From an uncultured virus (IMG/VR IMGVR_UViG_3300021364_000014) (taxonomy: Duplodnaviria; Heunggongvirae; Uroviricota; Caudoviricetes), in the IMG/VR virus record IMGVR_UViG_3300021364_000014: DNA of 20,000 bases; one strand, given 5' to 3'. Numbering within the stretch: position 1 is the stretch's first letter; the number at the start of each line of letters is the position of its first letter. A program made the translations under genes and the position numbers. Positions 1 to 9,000 of this stretch are shown piece after piece. A model generated the notes under the pieces. That model did not search any database. It was given only the letters and a program-made list of their open reading frames with translations, and was not told the DNA's origin.

Positions 1-3000
1 TCAATTTCAGGATTGGTGTTTGTAACACCATCAATCTTGACGACATAGTGCTCAAGAGGTTCTCTTCCAAGTCCACTAACTGTTAGAATAGTTCTACCAG
101 TTGGAGTTGCGGATACATTGGTGATTGTTGCAATATCAAAGACGTATGGATCTTTTCTGAATCCTGTACCTCTTAGTGCATATTGTCCAAAGTTGGTAGC
201 GGAGTTGGTGATAGATGCATAACCACCAGACTCACAGAGGACACCATCAGAACAGAAGATAACAAAGACCGAAACCAACTGGGTATAACCATCGTTGATA
301 ACTTTATATCCTGTACCACCAAAGGAGACGATCGTGAATGCCGCAGCAACCATCGATTTACCTTGGTTGGGGAAGGATGCAGAACCGTCTAGTTCCAGAC
401 CAGGGAAAGGACAGTTGGGTTGCTTGACCTTAGAACCGTCAATTAAAGCACCGCCACCACCTAGGAAGGAGATAACAGATGCGTTCTGGGTGTAAGGAGA
501 TGCTTCAATAATTGGGAAGTCATCAAAGTCACCACGAACCGCCATTCTGACGCCATCCTGATCATAGATGTAGCTGTCAGGATAGGTTAGAATTTGTGAA
601 GTATCATACAGAGTTCCTGTGTTCTTAGTTGTAACACCAGGAGCAACTGTACCGTCTAGAATATCTTCTAGTAGAGCGAATAATGTTGTAATTGTGGATG
701 CTACGTTTGCACAATCTGGGTTTCCAGGATCAGCAAGAATAGTTCCGTCAGTGAATTGTGGGATTGGCGAAGATGTAGTTACAGGAGTGCCAGCACCATC
801 AGTCCAGTTACGCATTGCAGCAATAGCGTAATCTCTTACTTGCTGATATGCATATAGAGTTTGTGGTAAATATGCAGAATCAATACCTGTTAGTTGTGCT
901 CCAGTGTAGTAGAACTCTGCATTAGTTACAGTTCCTGAATTACCACCTAAGCACAAGTCTCTTACAAGACCTTTGAGGATGAATCCAATATCTCTTCTGC
1001 ACTTTCTTTCGTCTACATTATTAAGTCCTAGTGCTGGATACTGAACAAGAGTATCAAGATATGCTTGATCAGCAATAAGATCCTTGTTGCGAGCAATCAG
1101 ATATGCTGCATCTAGATATGTTCCAGAAGCATTATTTGCAATAACGTCTACCCAGAGGTATGCTAAAGTATCAATAGCAGATGCTACGTTAGCACAAGCA
1201 GGTGTTCCTGCTGTTGTTGTGATAACAGTATCATCAAAGTATCTTGGTAGAGTGGAATATACAGGTGTGTAGACAGGATCGCTTGGAGTTCTATTACCAG
1301 TTCTCCAGTTACACATTGCAAAGGTTGCTAGTTCTCTAGCATACTCAATTGCACGAACTGTTTGAATAATCTCATTCTCTACATATGCAATCTTGGCACC
1401 AACAATATACTTCTTAGCGGCTTCGATTACGTTAAAGTTGGATCCAAATTCTAGGTCTCTAGCTAGAGCATTCAAGAAGTGAACAACGTCTTCACGACAC
1501 TGATCATCATCAACAGGAATGCTGAAACTTGGATATAGTTTCTGACCATTATCACATTCCAGTAGAATGTTGTTGATCTGAACAGTGTCATCCTCTGCGA
1601 TTCCAGGAATTGGAGATGCTAGAGTAACTGTTGCAGCACCACTGACTACATTATCCCAAACAAAGTTTGTGATATTGTAAGAGTTTCCACCATACGTAAC
1701 CGTACCGCCACTTACATACGTATGCGTTTGACTTGTAAAACCAAGATAAATCTTGAATTCCGAACCACCAACACTCAATGCGTTGGATACAGATCTGACA
1801 AATGTATGTGTAGACTGTGGTAAATGCTTGACAGCATTAGCGGTTGCACCAACAAACGAATGTGGAGATTGTGGTTCAAACTTAATTGCATTAGCAGTAG
1901 CAGAAACAAAGGTGTGAACAGAACCAGATGCAGTTCCTGCACTGCCAACATTGAGAGAAATCCAACCATCTTGTCTTCTGATCGCATTAGCAGAAGCACT
2001 AACAAACGTATGTGCTCCTGTATATGGGGAAGATCCTACATTGATTGTGAACGTATTTGCGTCAATAACTACAATTGGCATCCAGCGTCCAGATGGATAA
2101 TCATAACCAGCACGTGGATATGTCTTTTGTGCAGTATTTCCATCTAGATCACAAGTGTATGTGAGAGATCCATCTTGAATCTGTACATAATCACCACTAG
2201 TAAATCCATGACCAGCAACTGTAAATGTTACCGTTCCTGTTGCAGCATTATAAGGCGCGTCAGTGGGAGTATGCTCCGTATACCCAACATCAGTAAGAGG
2301 AATAGACTGACCAGCATATGGGTCAGAACCAGGACGTGGATATGTGTGCTGAGTTGCGTTGCCGTCTTGATCGCAAGTAAATGTAAATGAGTTATCGGAA
2401 AGAACTACACTGCGTCCAACTCCAAGACCATGTTGACCGATTTGGCATAACATATCTCCTGTAGCAGGATTATAGTTTACCGCAGATGGTTGGAAATACT
2501 GGTTTGGTTGAGATGCACCAGCATTTACAGTGATAGTGTTTGCACCAACTGCTGTGATAGGCATAGACCTACCAGCAAATGGATCGATACCAGGACGAGG
2601 ATATGTTTTAACCGACTGATATCCATCCATGTCGCAAGTAAACGACAGGGAGTTATCATCAATAACAATACCTTCACCAACAGAAAGTGTATGTGTACCG
2701 ATTGTAAGAACTAAATCTCCAGTAGCAGGGTCATAGGAAGCACCAGATGGAGTCCACTGTTGATTTGCTCCAGATGCACCTACATTTACAGTAAAGGTAT
2801 TTGTGTCTGCGGCAGTGATAGGAAGTGCTTTTCCACTTGCATACTGGTCAGATTCGGGCAGAGCGTGCTCTGTCTTATTGCCGTCCATCGTACAAGTGAA
2901 TGTGATGGATTCATCGGCAATCTTAACACCATCACCAACTGAAAGACCATGGTTTGCTACTGTGAATACGGAATCACCTGTAGCAGGATCGTATGTTACA

Positions 3001-5498
3001 TTGGTTGGAGTGTAAGCGGAATCTACAGCACCACCAATATCGTATACAGAGTAGTATTCTTTCTTGAATTGGTCGTTGATCTTTCCTACAACTTCATCAG
3101 CGATGAAATCTCTGTTGTTACGGATGAAGGTAACAGCATCCTGATATCTTCTATCAACAGGAGAAGATAGTGGGAATTTGTTTGGAGAGTTTAGTAGGGA
3201 TAGGGTGATACTCTTGGAGTATGACTTTACAACAGCAGCAGATCCTGGTTGGAAGTTAGCATCTGTAATTGCTGGGAACTTCTTAGGAATTACGAATCTT
3301 CTGCAGCGACCGTCAGCGTCTTCGATAACTTTGTAGATTCTCTGCTTACCATTCAATGCAGACAAGTCGGGACCAGCAGTAGGAAGACCGCTAATTTCAA
3401 TCTCCTGACCTTCTTTGAAATCGTGGAAGTTTGTTCTACCGACTAGTTCACTGGTGTAGAATACAACACCACCAAGGTCTTCGGCATTGCCAAATTGTGC
3501 AGAATGTACACCATCTTGAGTAATAGATGGGTCTCCTTGTAATGAGAAATCAATTCTTTGAATTGGTAGAGTTGCTGTGATGTTCTCATCAACAGATACA
3601 ACTTCACCTTCTGCTCTAATAGAAATTAGTTCAGTGGTATCAATTTCTTCTACAATAATGTTTGCATCATTGATGGTGAAGTTGCATGGTCCAATAGTAT
3701 CAAAAGTAGGTGCGCCTAGAATTGGCGAGAATGATACGTACCACTCAGTAGCAGGAATGCTATTCTCAGCATCCTCGTTATCATTTACCTCAATGATTTC
3801 GTAGAACTGAGTTCCAGTAAAGAATGTATTTGGAACGTCATCGATAGCAACATAAACACCACCAGTAAATGATACACTTTCTGGATTGCTGCTAAACTTG
3901 AGAGTATTAGATGCGTAAATTTCTGACGATGACTGTAGTAAACTACCTCCATCAGAACCGCTGATTAGGTATCTAAAACTTTCACCCTGAATAAAGGAAC
4001 CAGACTTCAGTGTAACATCAATTGTACCTGTTAGGTATGCACTAGCACCAATTGCGGTTGTGAAAGATACATCAATAATTTCTGCTCTAGCACCAGAGTT
4101 AATACCAACAATTTCTAGACCAGTTTGTAGTTGTGATAAACCTGTGTTATCTTGGAAGCTTAGACGGAACTGATCGGGTCCAAAAATTTGGTGACCGATT
4201 GGGAAGTTAGTTCCAAAGTCTCCGTTGGTATCATAATCAACGATAACACGCTGTTTATCGTCAAATACCATCGCAAAATCCCAAGTTGCGACAGAATCAC
4301 CAAATGCGTCAACTTGGTCTCTATAAGTAACACCAGTAACGTAGTTCTTATCGCCAAACTTAAAGATGTGCTTCTTGGGGTTAGCAGGTCTGATGATTAC
4401 CAGACGCAAGTTGTCACCAACAACAGAGCAGTCAGGAGGTAGAGAGATTGGGTTATCTTCTACGTAGTCTCCACCAGAAACAATCAGTGTTTCTTTGACA
4501 CCAGGAGTTGCCCATGCTAACTGTGCTGCTTTTTTGATAGAGCGAACAGGACTGACAGCAGAGCGACCATCGTTTTCGTCAGAACCAATCTGCTGAGAGA
4601 CATAGATTCTGCCACCAACGTCATTGGTTGCTAGGTTTAGAACGTATTCTGTAGTAGCAATCTTGTCCGATCTGTCACCCAATAGTGGTGTGATAGATCT
4701 TGGGAATACGCCTGCTTCTCCAGTGGTATTGTAACCAAATGCTTCCTCGTCAATAACTCGGAAACCAATATGCTTAAAGTTGACTTCTCCGTTTAGAACT
4801 ACACCATCTACGTGCTCAGGTGCATCGGATCCAGTCTGTCCAGTGTTTAGTGCCTGATAAACGTTGGCACCAAAATATCTGTAAGAATCTTTTTGGATAA
4901 TAACATTGTCAGCCCAGGGAGTACCTGTATTGTTGACATATGTTTTGAAATTTGGACCTCTTAGGTTTAGGTCAGGTGTAATAAAGTTGTCAATATCAAG
5001 GTTTAGAATTCTCGCCGTATCAGAAATGATAGACGTGGAGGTTCTAATAGCACCGTTGATGTCAAGTTCAAAGTCAACCGTGTCAAGTTGTACTGTTGCA
5101 GTAGCACCAGCACCGCCACCACCACCAGTAATGATGGCATTGGGAGCAGATGTATATCCACTACCAGGGTTATTAACAGCAATGTTGATTACTCTGCCGT
5201 TGAAGATAAACGCAGAAGCAAGTGCTTGTACACCACCAGGAGTGGATGGAGGATCAATCGTAACAGAAGGAACAACAGTGTAACCAGTACCACCATCTGT
5301 TACGGTTACAGTGTTTACTCTCTGTCCAGTTCGGTTGATACCAACACGTGGCAAGGATGTATCAGGATCGAGTTGAGTTCTGAGAATTTCTTTCTCAGCT
5401 GCCCCAACGCCTGCCCTAATTGTTACTTCATTATCACCGATAAAAGCAGGTTTTGAACCTCTAAAAGTCTCTTTATCGGAATTAATGTTAAAACTCAT
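1..5498 (-). CDS. Giant multidomain virion structural protein (tail/baseplate appendage), 3'-truncated by the window edge; at least 1832 aa
   Basis: ATG at 5496-5498 (MSFNINSDKETFRGSKPAFIGDNEVTIRAG...). Hand translation stays open to position 3 (...PLEHYVVKIDGVTNTNPEI). It is missing from the ORF track, consistent with no stop inside the window. A TAAATA late-promoter core and AGGAG lie upstream. It contains a beta-helix-type start (RIYVSQQIGSDENDGRS...SGGDYVEDNPISLPPDCSVVGDNLR), YDPATG/FTCxxDG/HTFV repeats and C-R-x-D/CANV helical repeats of the kind I recognise from cyanomyovirus giant structural proteins. Confidence 0.9.
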   Translation of the reverse strand, partial: MSFNINSDKETFRGSKPAFIGDNEVTIRAGVGAAEKEILRTQLDPDTSLPRVGINRTGQRVNTVTVTDGGTGYTVVPSVTIDPPSTPGGVQALASAFIFNGRVINIAVNNPGSGYTSAPNAIITGGGGGAGATATVQLDTVDFELDINGAIRTSTSIISDTARILNLDIDNFITPDLNLRGPNFKTYVNNTGTPWADNVIIQKDSYRYFGANVYQALNTGQTGSDAPEHVDGVVLNGEVNFKHIGFRVIDEEAFGYNTTGEAGVFPRSITPLLGDRSDKIATTEYVLNLATNDVGGRIYVSQQIGSDENDGRSAVSPVRSIKKAAQLAWATPGVKETLIVSGGDYVEDNPISLPPDCSVVGDNLRLVIIRPANPKKHIFKFGDKNYVTGVTYRDQVDAFGDSVATWDFAMVFDDKQRVIVDYDTNGDFGTNFPIGHQIFGPDQFRLSFQDNTGLSQLQTGLEIVGINSGARAEIIDVSFTTAIGASAYLTGTIDVTLKSGSFIQGESFRYLISGSDGGSLLQSSSEIYASNTLKFSSNPESVSFTGGVYVAIDDVPNTFFTGTQFYEIIEVNDNEDAENSIPATEWYVSFSPILGAPTFDTIGPCNFTINDANIIVEEIDTTELISIRAEGEVVSVDENITATLPIQRIDFSLQGDPSITQDGVHSAQFGNAEDLGGVVFYTSELVGRTNFHDFKEGQEIEISGLPTAGPDLSALNGKQRIYKVIEDADGRCRRFVIPKKFPAITDANFQPGSAAVVKSYSKSITLSLLNSPNKFPLSSPVDRRYQDAVTFIRNNRDFIADEVVGKINDQFKKEYYSVYDIGGAVDSAYTPTNVTYDPATGDSVFTVANHGLSVGDGVKIADESITFTCTMDGNKTEHALPESDQYASGKALPITAADTNTFTVNVGASGANQQWTPSGASYDPATGDLVLTIGTHTLSVGEGIVIDDNSLSFTCDMDGYQSVKTYPRPGIDPFAGRSMPITAVGANTITVNAGASQPNQYFQPSAVNYNPATGDMLCQIGQHGLGVGRSVVLSDNSFTFTCDQDGNATQHTYPRPGSDPYAGQSIPLTDVGYTEHTPTDAPYNAATGTVTFTVAGHGFTSGDYVQIQDGSLTYTCDLDGNTAQKTYPRAGYDYPSGRWMPIVVIDANTFTINVGSSPYTGAHTFVSASANAIRRQDGWISLNVGSAGTASGSVHTFVSATANAIKFEPQSPHSFVGATANAVKHLPQSTHTFVRSVSNALSVGGSEFKIYLGFTSQTHTYVSGGTVTYGGNSYNITNFVWDNVVSGAATVTLASPIPGIAEDDTVQINNILLECDNGQKLYPSFSIPVDDDQCREDVVHFLNALARDLEFGSNFNVIEAAKKYIVGAKIAYVENEIIQTVRAIEYARELATFAMCNWRTGNRTPSDPVYTPVYSTLPRYFDDTVITTTAGTPACANVASAIDTLAYLWVDVIANNASGTYLDAAYLIARNKDLIADQAYLDTLVQYPALGLNNVDERKCRRDIGFILKGLVRDLCLGGNSGTVTNAEFYYTGAQLTGIDSAYLPQTLYAYQQVRDYAIAAMRNWTDGAGTPVTTSSPIPQFTDGTILADPGNPDCANVASTITTLFALLEDILDGTVAPGVTTKNTGTLYDTSQILTYPDSYIYDQDGVRMAVRGDFDDFPIIEASPYTQNASVISFLGGGGALIDGSKVKQPNCPFPGLELDGSASFPNQGKSMVAAAFTIVSFGGTGYKVINDGYTQLVSVFVIFCSDGVLCESGGYASITNSATNFGQYALRGTGFRKDPYVFDIATITNVSATPTGRTILTVSGLGREPLEHYVVKIDGVTNTNPEI
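1774..3014 (-). repeat. Four degenerate ~80-100 aa beta-sandwich-like protein repeats (YDPATG...H...FTCxxDG...YPR...VNVGAS...HTFVSATANA), nested
   Basis: Hand translation gives YDPATGD, YDPATGD, YNPATGD, YNAATGT and FTCTMDG, FTCDMDG, FTCDQDG, YTCDLDG. These are followed by HTFVSASANA, HTFVSATANA, HSFVGATANA, HTFVRSVSNA. Confidence 0.85.
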
Positions 5499-5535
5499 GG
5501 TGCCAACTAGCTCCTAGCCCGTTTATCCTCGTTTA

Positions 5536-5542
5536 TATTTAG
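5536..5542 (-). promoter_or_regulatory. Putative T4-type (gp55 sigma) late promoter, CTAAATA
   Basis: Minus strand reads TGA-TG-CTAAATA-TAAACG in the 46-bp gap, 37 nt upstream of the giant ORF's ATG. It matches the TAAATA core of T4 TATAAATA / cyanomyovirus late promoters, and the same heptamer occurs in the other large intergenic gap. Confidence 0.7.
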
Positions 5543-5544
5543 CA

Positions 5545-6045
5545 TCATGCCCAAGCAATGCTTACAACTTCGGTAGAAACTACCCATTTGATATTTGAAG
5601 TAGTACCTGCTCTAGTAGTGCTATAACTAAAACGATTGGAAGCTCCTTGTGGTGTGATACTCCAAGTCTGACCGATGGGAATATCATCTTTGATAGCCGT
5701 TGTCATCGTAGACATGACTGTAACATTTCCAGCACCATCACAGAATGCTGTGCTTTCTTGCTTTGCAGAATACACTACACCCTGAGGATTGACGGCAATA
5801 ATATGTCCTGTAATAAAATTTAGTGTTGAACTATCAATAGGAATCTGTGTACCAACAGGATCTAACGCTAGAACTGCGGTGTTTAGTCCTCTAAGAATAT
5901 ATCTGGTAATTTTACTATCAAGATACTCAGAATTCTTAATTTCTAAAGTGTTTATATCCTTAGCATTTCTTAGTTCATCTACAATGGTGGTTTTATCAAT
6001 AGAAAAACCACCTGTAGAATCAAACTTTTCTAAATTGACTGGCAT
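5545..6045 (-). CDS. 166-aa protein, probable virion structural/tail-associated protein
   Basis: ORF track. It starts 1 nt after the stop of the 1830-aa gene (TAA-A-ATG), is beta-rich in composition, and lies in a structural operon. Confidence 0.8.
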   Translation of the reverse strand: MPVNLEKFDSTGGFSIDKTTIVDELRNAKDINTLEIKNSEYLDSKITRYILRGLNTAVLALDPVGTQIPIDSSTLNFITGHIIAVNPQGVVYSAKQESTAFCDGAGNVTVMSTMTTAIKDDIPIGQTWSITPQGASNRFSYSTTRAGTTSNIKWVVSTEVVSIAWA

Positions 6046-6046
6046 T

Positions 6047-9000
6047 TTACTTCTTAGTGATGGTGGATGATACAGTAATATTTACTGTATTTGTTGGTGC
6101 AACGTTTTGACCCAGTAGGAAATTAATTCTAACTTCATTTTGTGGAGTAAGTTCGAAGGTTGGAATGATGAGTTGTACACCAGTTCTCAAGTTTCCATAC
6201 TCAGTGTGATATACATCAGTTGTGTTATTTGTAACACCAAACTCAATGAACTCACTATCACCTGTTGTTGGATTGGTTGCAATAACAACTGTCTTACATC
6301 CTGCATTTGTTGCAGTAGCATATAGAACAGAGTTACCATTATTAGAAGTTCCTTTTACCAGGGAAATTTTTTCTGTTAGAATCTTGACATCAGCAAGTTC
6401 GAACTCTTTCAGATCTCCGTCAAATACCTTGACACCAGTGAATGTACCCGTTCCAAATGTTGTGTTGAAATACACATCACCTTGGTTGTCGAGTCTGAGA
6501 ACAGGATCAACAGTTAGACCACCAGACAATCCGAGATCAAAGTATTGCTTAGATGTATGTAAGAAGGTAGTGTCTACTGCAGTGTTGTCTAGTGTGGTTT
6601 CTGCATTATTGAATGTCATCAAATTTGCAGTAATTTCAAACTGGTTGCTTGTCTGAGATCTAATAGTATCTACAGAGAAGAAGTCCATAGCAGTTGTGGT
6701 CAACTGTACGGTATTGTTTCCATCATTGTAGAAGTACAGGATGTTCTCGTTTGCACCAGGAGATGTTTCTGGGATGATATATGTGTTTTGATCAACGTCT
6801 TTGACACCACCAAGAGATCCCCAGTTAGTTCCATCATAACCTTCATATAGTTGGTCACTGGTGTTGAATCTGATAGAACCAATCTCAGCAGCACCTCTAT
6901 CTGCTGTCGTGCCACTAGGAATGACCAATGTTGTATTCGTATCAATCTTGACTTTCTTGCCAGGGTTTGGTCTGATTAGAAGATCATTGACATCAGTAGA
7001 GATTACATTGTTTAGGAATCTCAATTCTCCACTAACAACTAGTGGAAGACCACCAAGTTTACCAATTCTGAGTTCTTCAATATCTTCAAACTCTAGTGGT
7101 GCAACTGCAAGACCCCAGAAAGTAAGAACTGCAGAACCATTTGGTTGTGCTCCAATGGTATGAGTTGGTTCGTTACCAGTGGTAGCAGTTGTACCTGCGG
7201 TAGTTACTTCATATAGATTGTTTCTATACTTGAGATATTGACCTAGTGTTACTGGAGTATTGGCATTATAAAGAGTGTAATCAGGTGCTAGAACATTGTT
7301 AGAACGAATCTTTTTCATGTTCTGGAACTCCAGGTGCTGTGGAGTTACCTTAATGGTGTTGACATTATCATTGATAAACCATAGAGTGTTATCATTAGCA
7401 CCAATCGTCTCTTCTGCTAGAATGTAGGTGTTACCGTCTAGGTCTCTAACACCACCAAGAGAAGACCATGTAGTGGTTGATACACTATATCCTTCATACT
7501 GACTGGTTTCTGTGTTGAAACGGATGCAACCATCTCTTACAATGCCAGGTCCAGGTCTTTCAGAAGTGTTGCCAGCAGGGACTGCAAGTGCAGTAACCGT
7601 GTTTGTATGTACAATTCTACCCAAATCAGGAACAAGACTGATGTCTTGAGTATTCTGAGATGTGATAGATGTTGTAGCAGCGTCAATGACTAAGTTTGCA
7701 CCAACACGAATTTCTGGAGACTCAAGATATCCAGCAGTGGTCAAGTTACCACTTGCACCAGTGATAGCAAATTGACTACCAAAGTTGAATGCTAGAGCGG
7801 TAAAATTAATACTTTCTAGTGTTGGTTCTGGAACTGTCAGTTCTAAGTTTCCACTGGCAGGTTGCAGTAGTGGAGTTGTTACGCTAGTAGTAGCAACAAC
7901 TGTTGAAGATGCGAGTGCATTGATTGTAGCTTCTGGTGATGAAATATCTTGAGTCGTTAGAAGATTACAAGTAAATTCACCTGTTAGAACTTCGCCTTTG
8001 ACAATTTGTTCTGTGGTTACATCAGTAACTAAAATCTGAAGACCAGTACCAAATGTCTTTGGATTGACTGGATCAATAGTTAGAGTTGCCTCGTCATTAT
8101 CATCTCCTCCTTCATTTACGTGAGCAGGGTCTTCTGTAGCACAGTAGTAATAGAGAGTTGGAGTGTTCTCAGTAACTTTGATTGTTAGATCTGCATCTGT
8201 TCTACTAACACCAGTAGTGTACTCAGCACCCTGAACAGTTACTACAATATCACCTTCTGTTGTTGGTGTATTATTAAGTCTTAGTGTAGTTCCGTTTACA
8301 ACTTCTTCAATTATAGTTGCGTCTGCTAGAATACCATCACCAGACTCTTTTACAACTTCCATTCCAGCAAGCATACCAGTTGTGCTTGCAACAATGATAT
8401 TTTTAGATGTTGTGGAAACTGTTGTGCTTACACCTTCAAATCTACTTGGACCCCATTGTCCATCTCTGAACTGAGACAGAGCAAAGATGTGAGATCCTAG
8501 TGATGCATCTTGCAAATCAAACTTGTAAGAGTTGCCAGCATACATTGTCCACGATGGTGTCATTTGAGCACCGTTGCCATCGTTTAGATCAATGTAGAAT
8601 CTATACTCTAGTGATGCTGTGTTGATATCATAACCAACAGCAGGAGCATTCTCATTTACAAGGACATCTCCATCAGCAAAACCAAAGGTATCGGTAACAA
8701 TAGTGGTAATATTGCCACCAGATGTATTGACTTTTCTAACAGTAACAGGATCTCCTGCGTCATTAACAGCGTCAACTGTTAGAACAAGGTTGTCTGCAGG
8801 AGTGGAACCACCAACAGCAGCACCAGCAAGAGTGATTGTATCGTTTGTTGCGTAGAAAGATCCCTCAGATCCTGTTGTAATAACAGCAGAAAGGACAGCA
8901 CCTGTGTTGTCTCTTTGTACATCAAATGTAGCGCCAGTACCATTTCCAGATGTATTGATCTGTGGAACTGCTGTGTATACACCATCTGCTGCTCCAGGAA

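Noticed and set aside
1774..3014. CRISPR-like array or DGR template/variable repeat pair
   Set aside because: The repeats are conserved at the protein level and degenerate at the DNA level, in frame, and show no evident adenine-specific pattern. No reverse transcriptase or cas gene is present in the window.
6070..6090. Perfect 9-bp inverted repeat ATACAGTAA-TAT-TTACTGTAT containing GTAAATA, upstream of the 166-aa gene
   Set aside because: It encodes T-V-N-I-T-V. The same palindromic core recurs deep inside VrlC at another V-N-I-T (~16742-16756), so it is likely codon-driven. The 166-aa gene also appears translationally coupled to the upstream gene.
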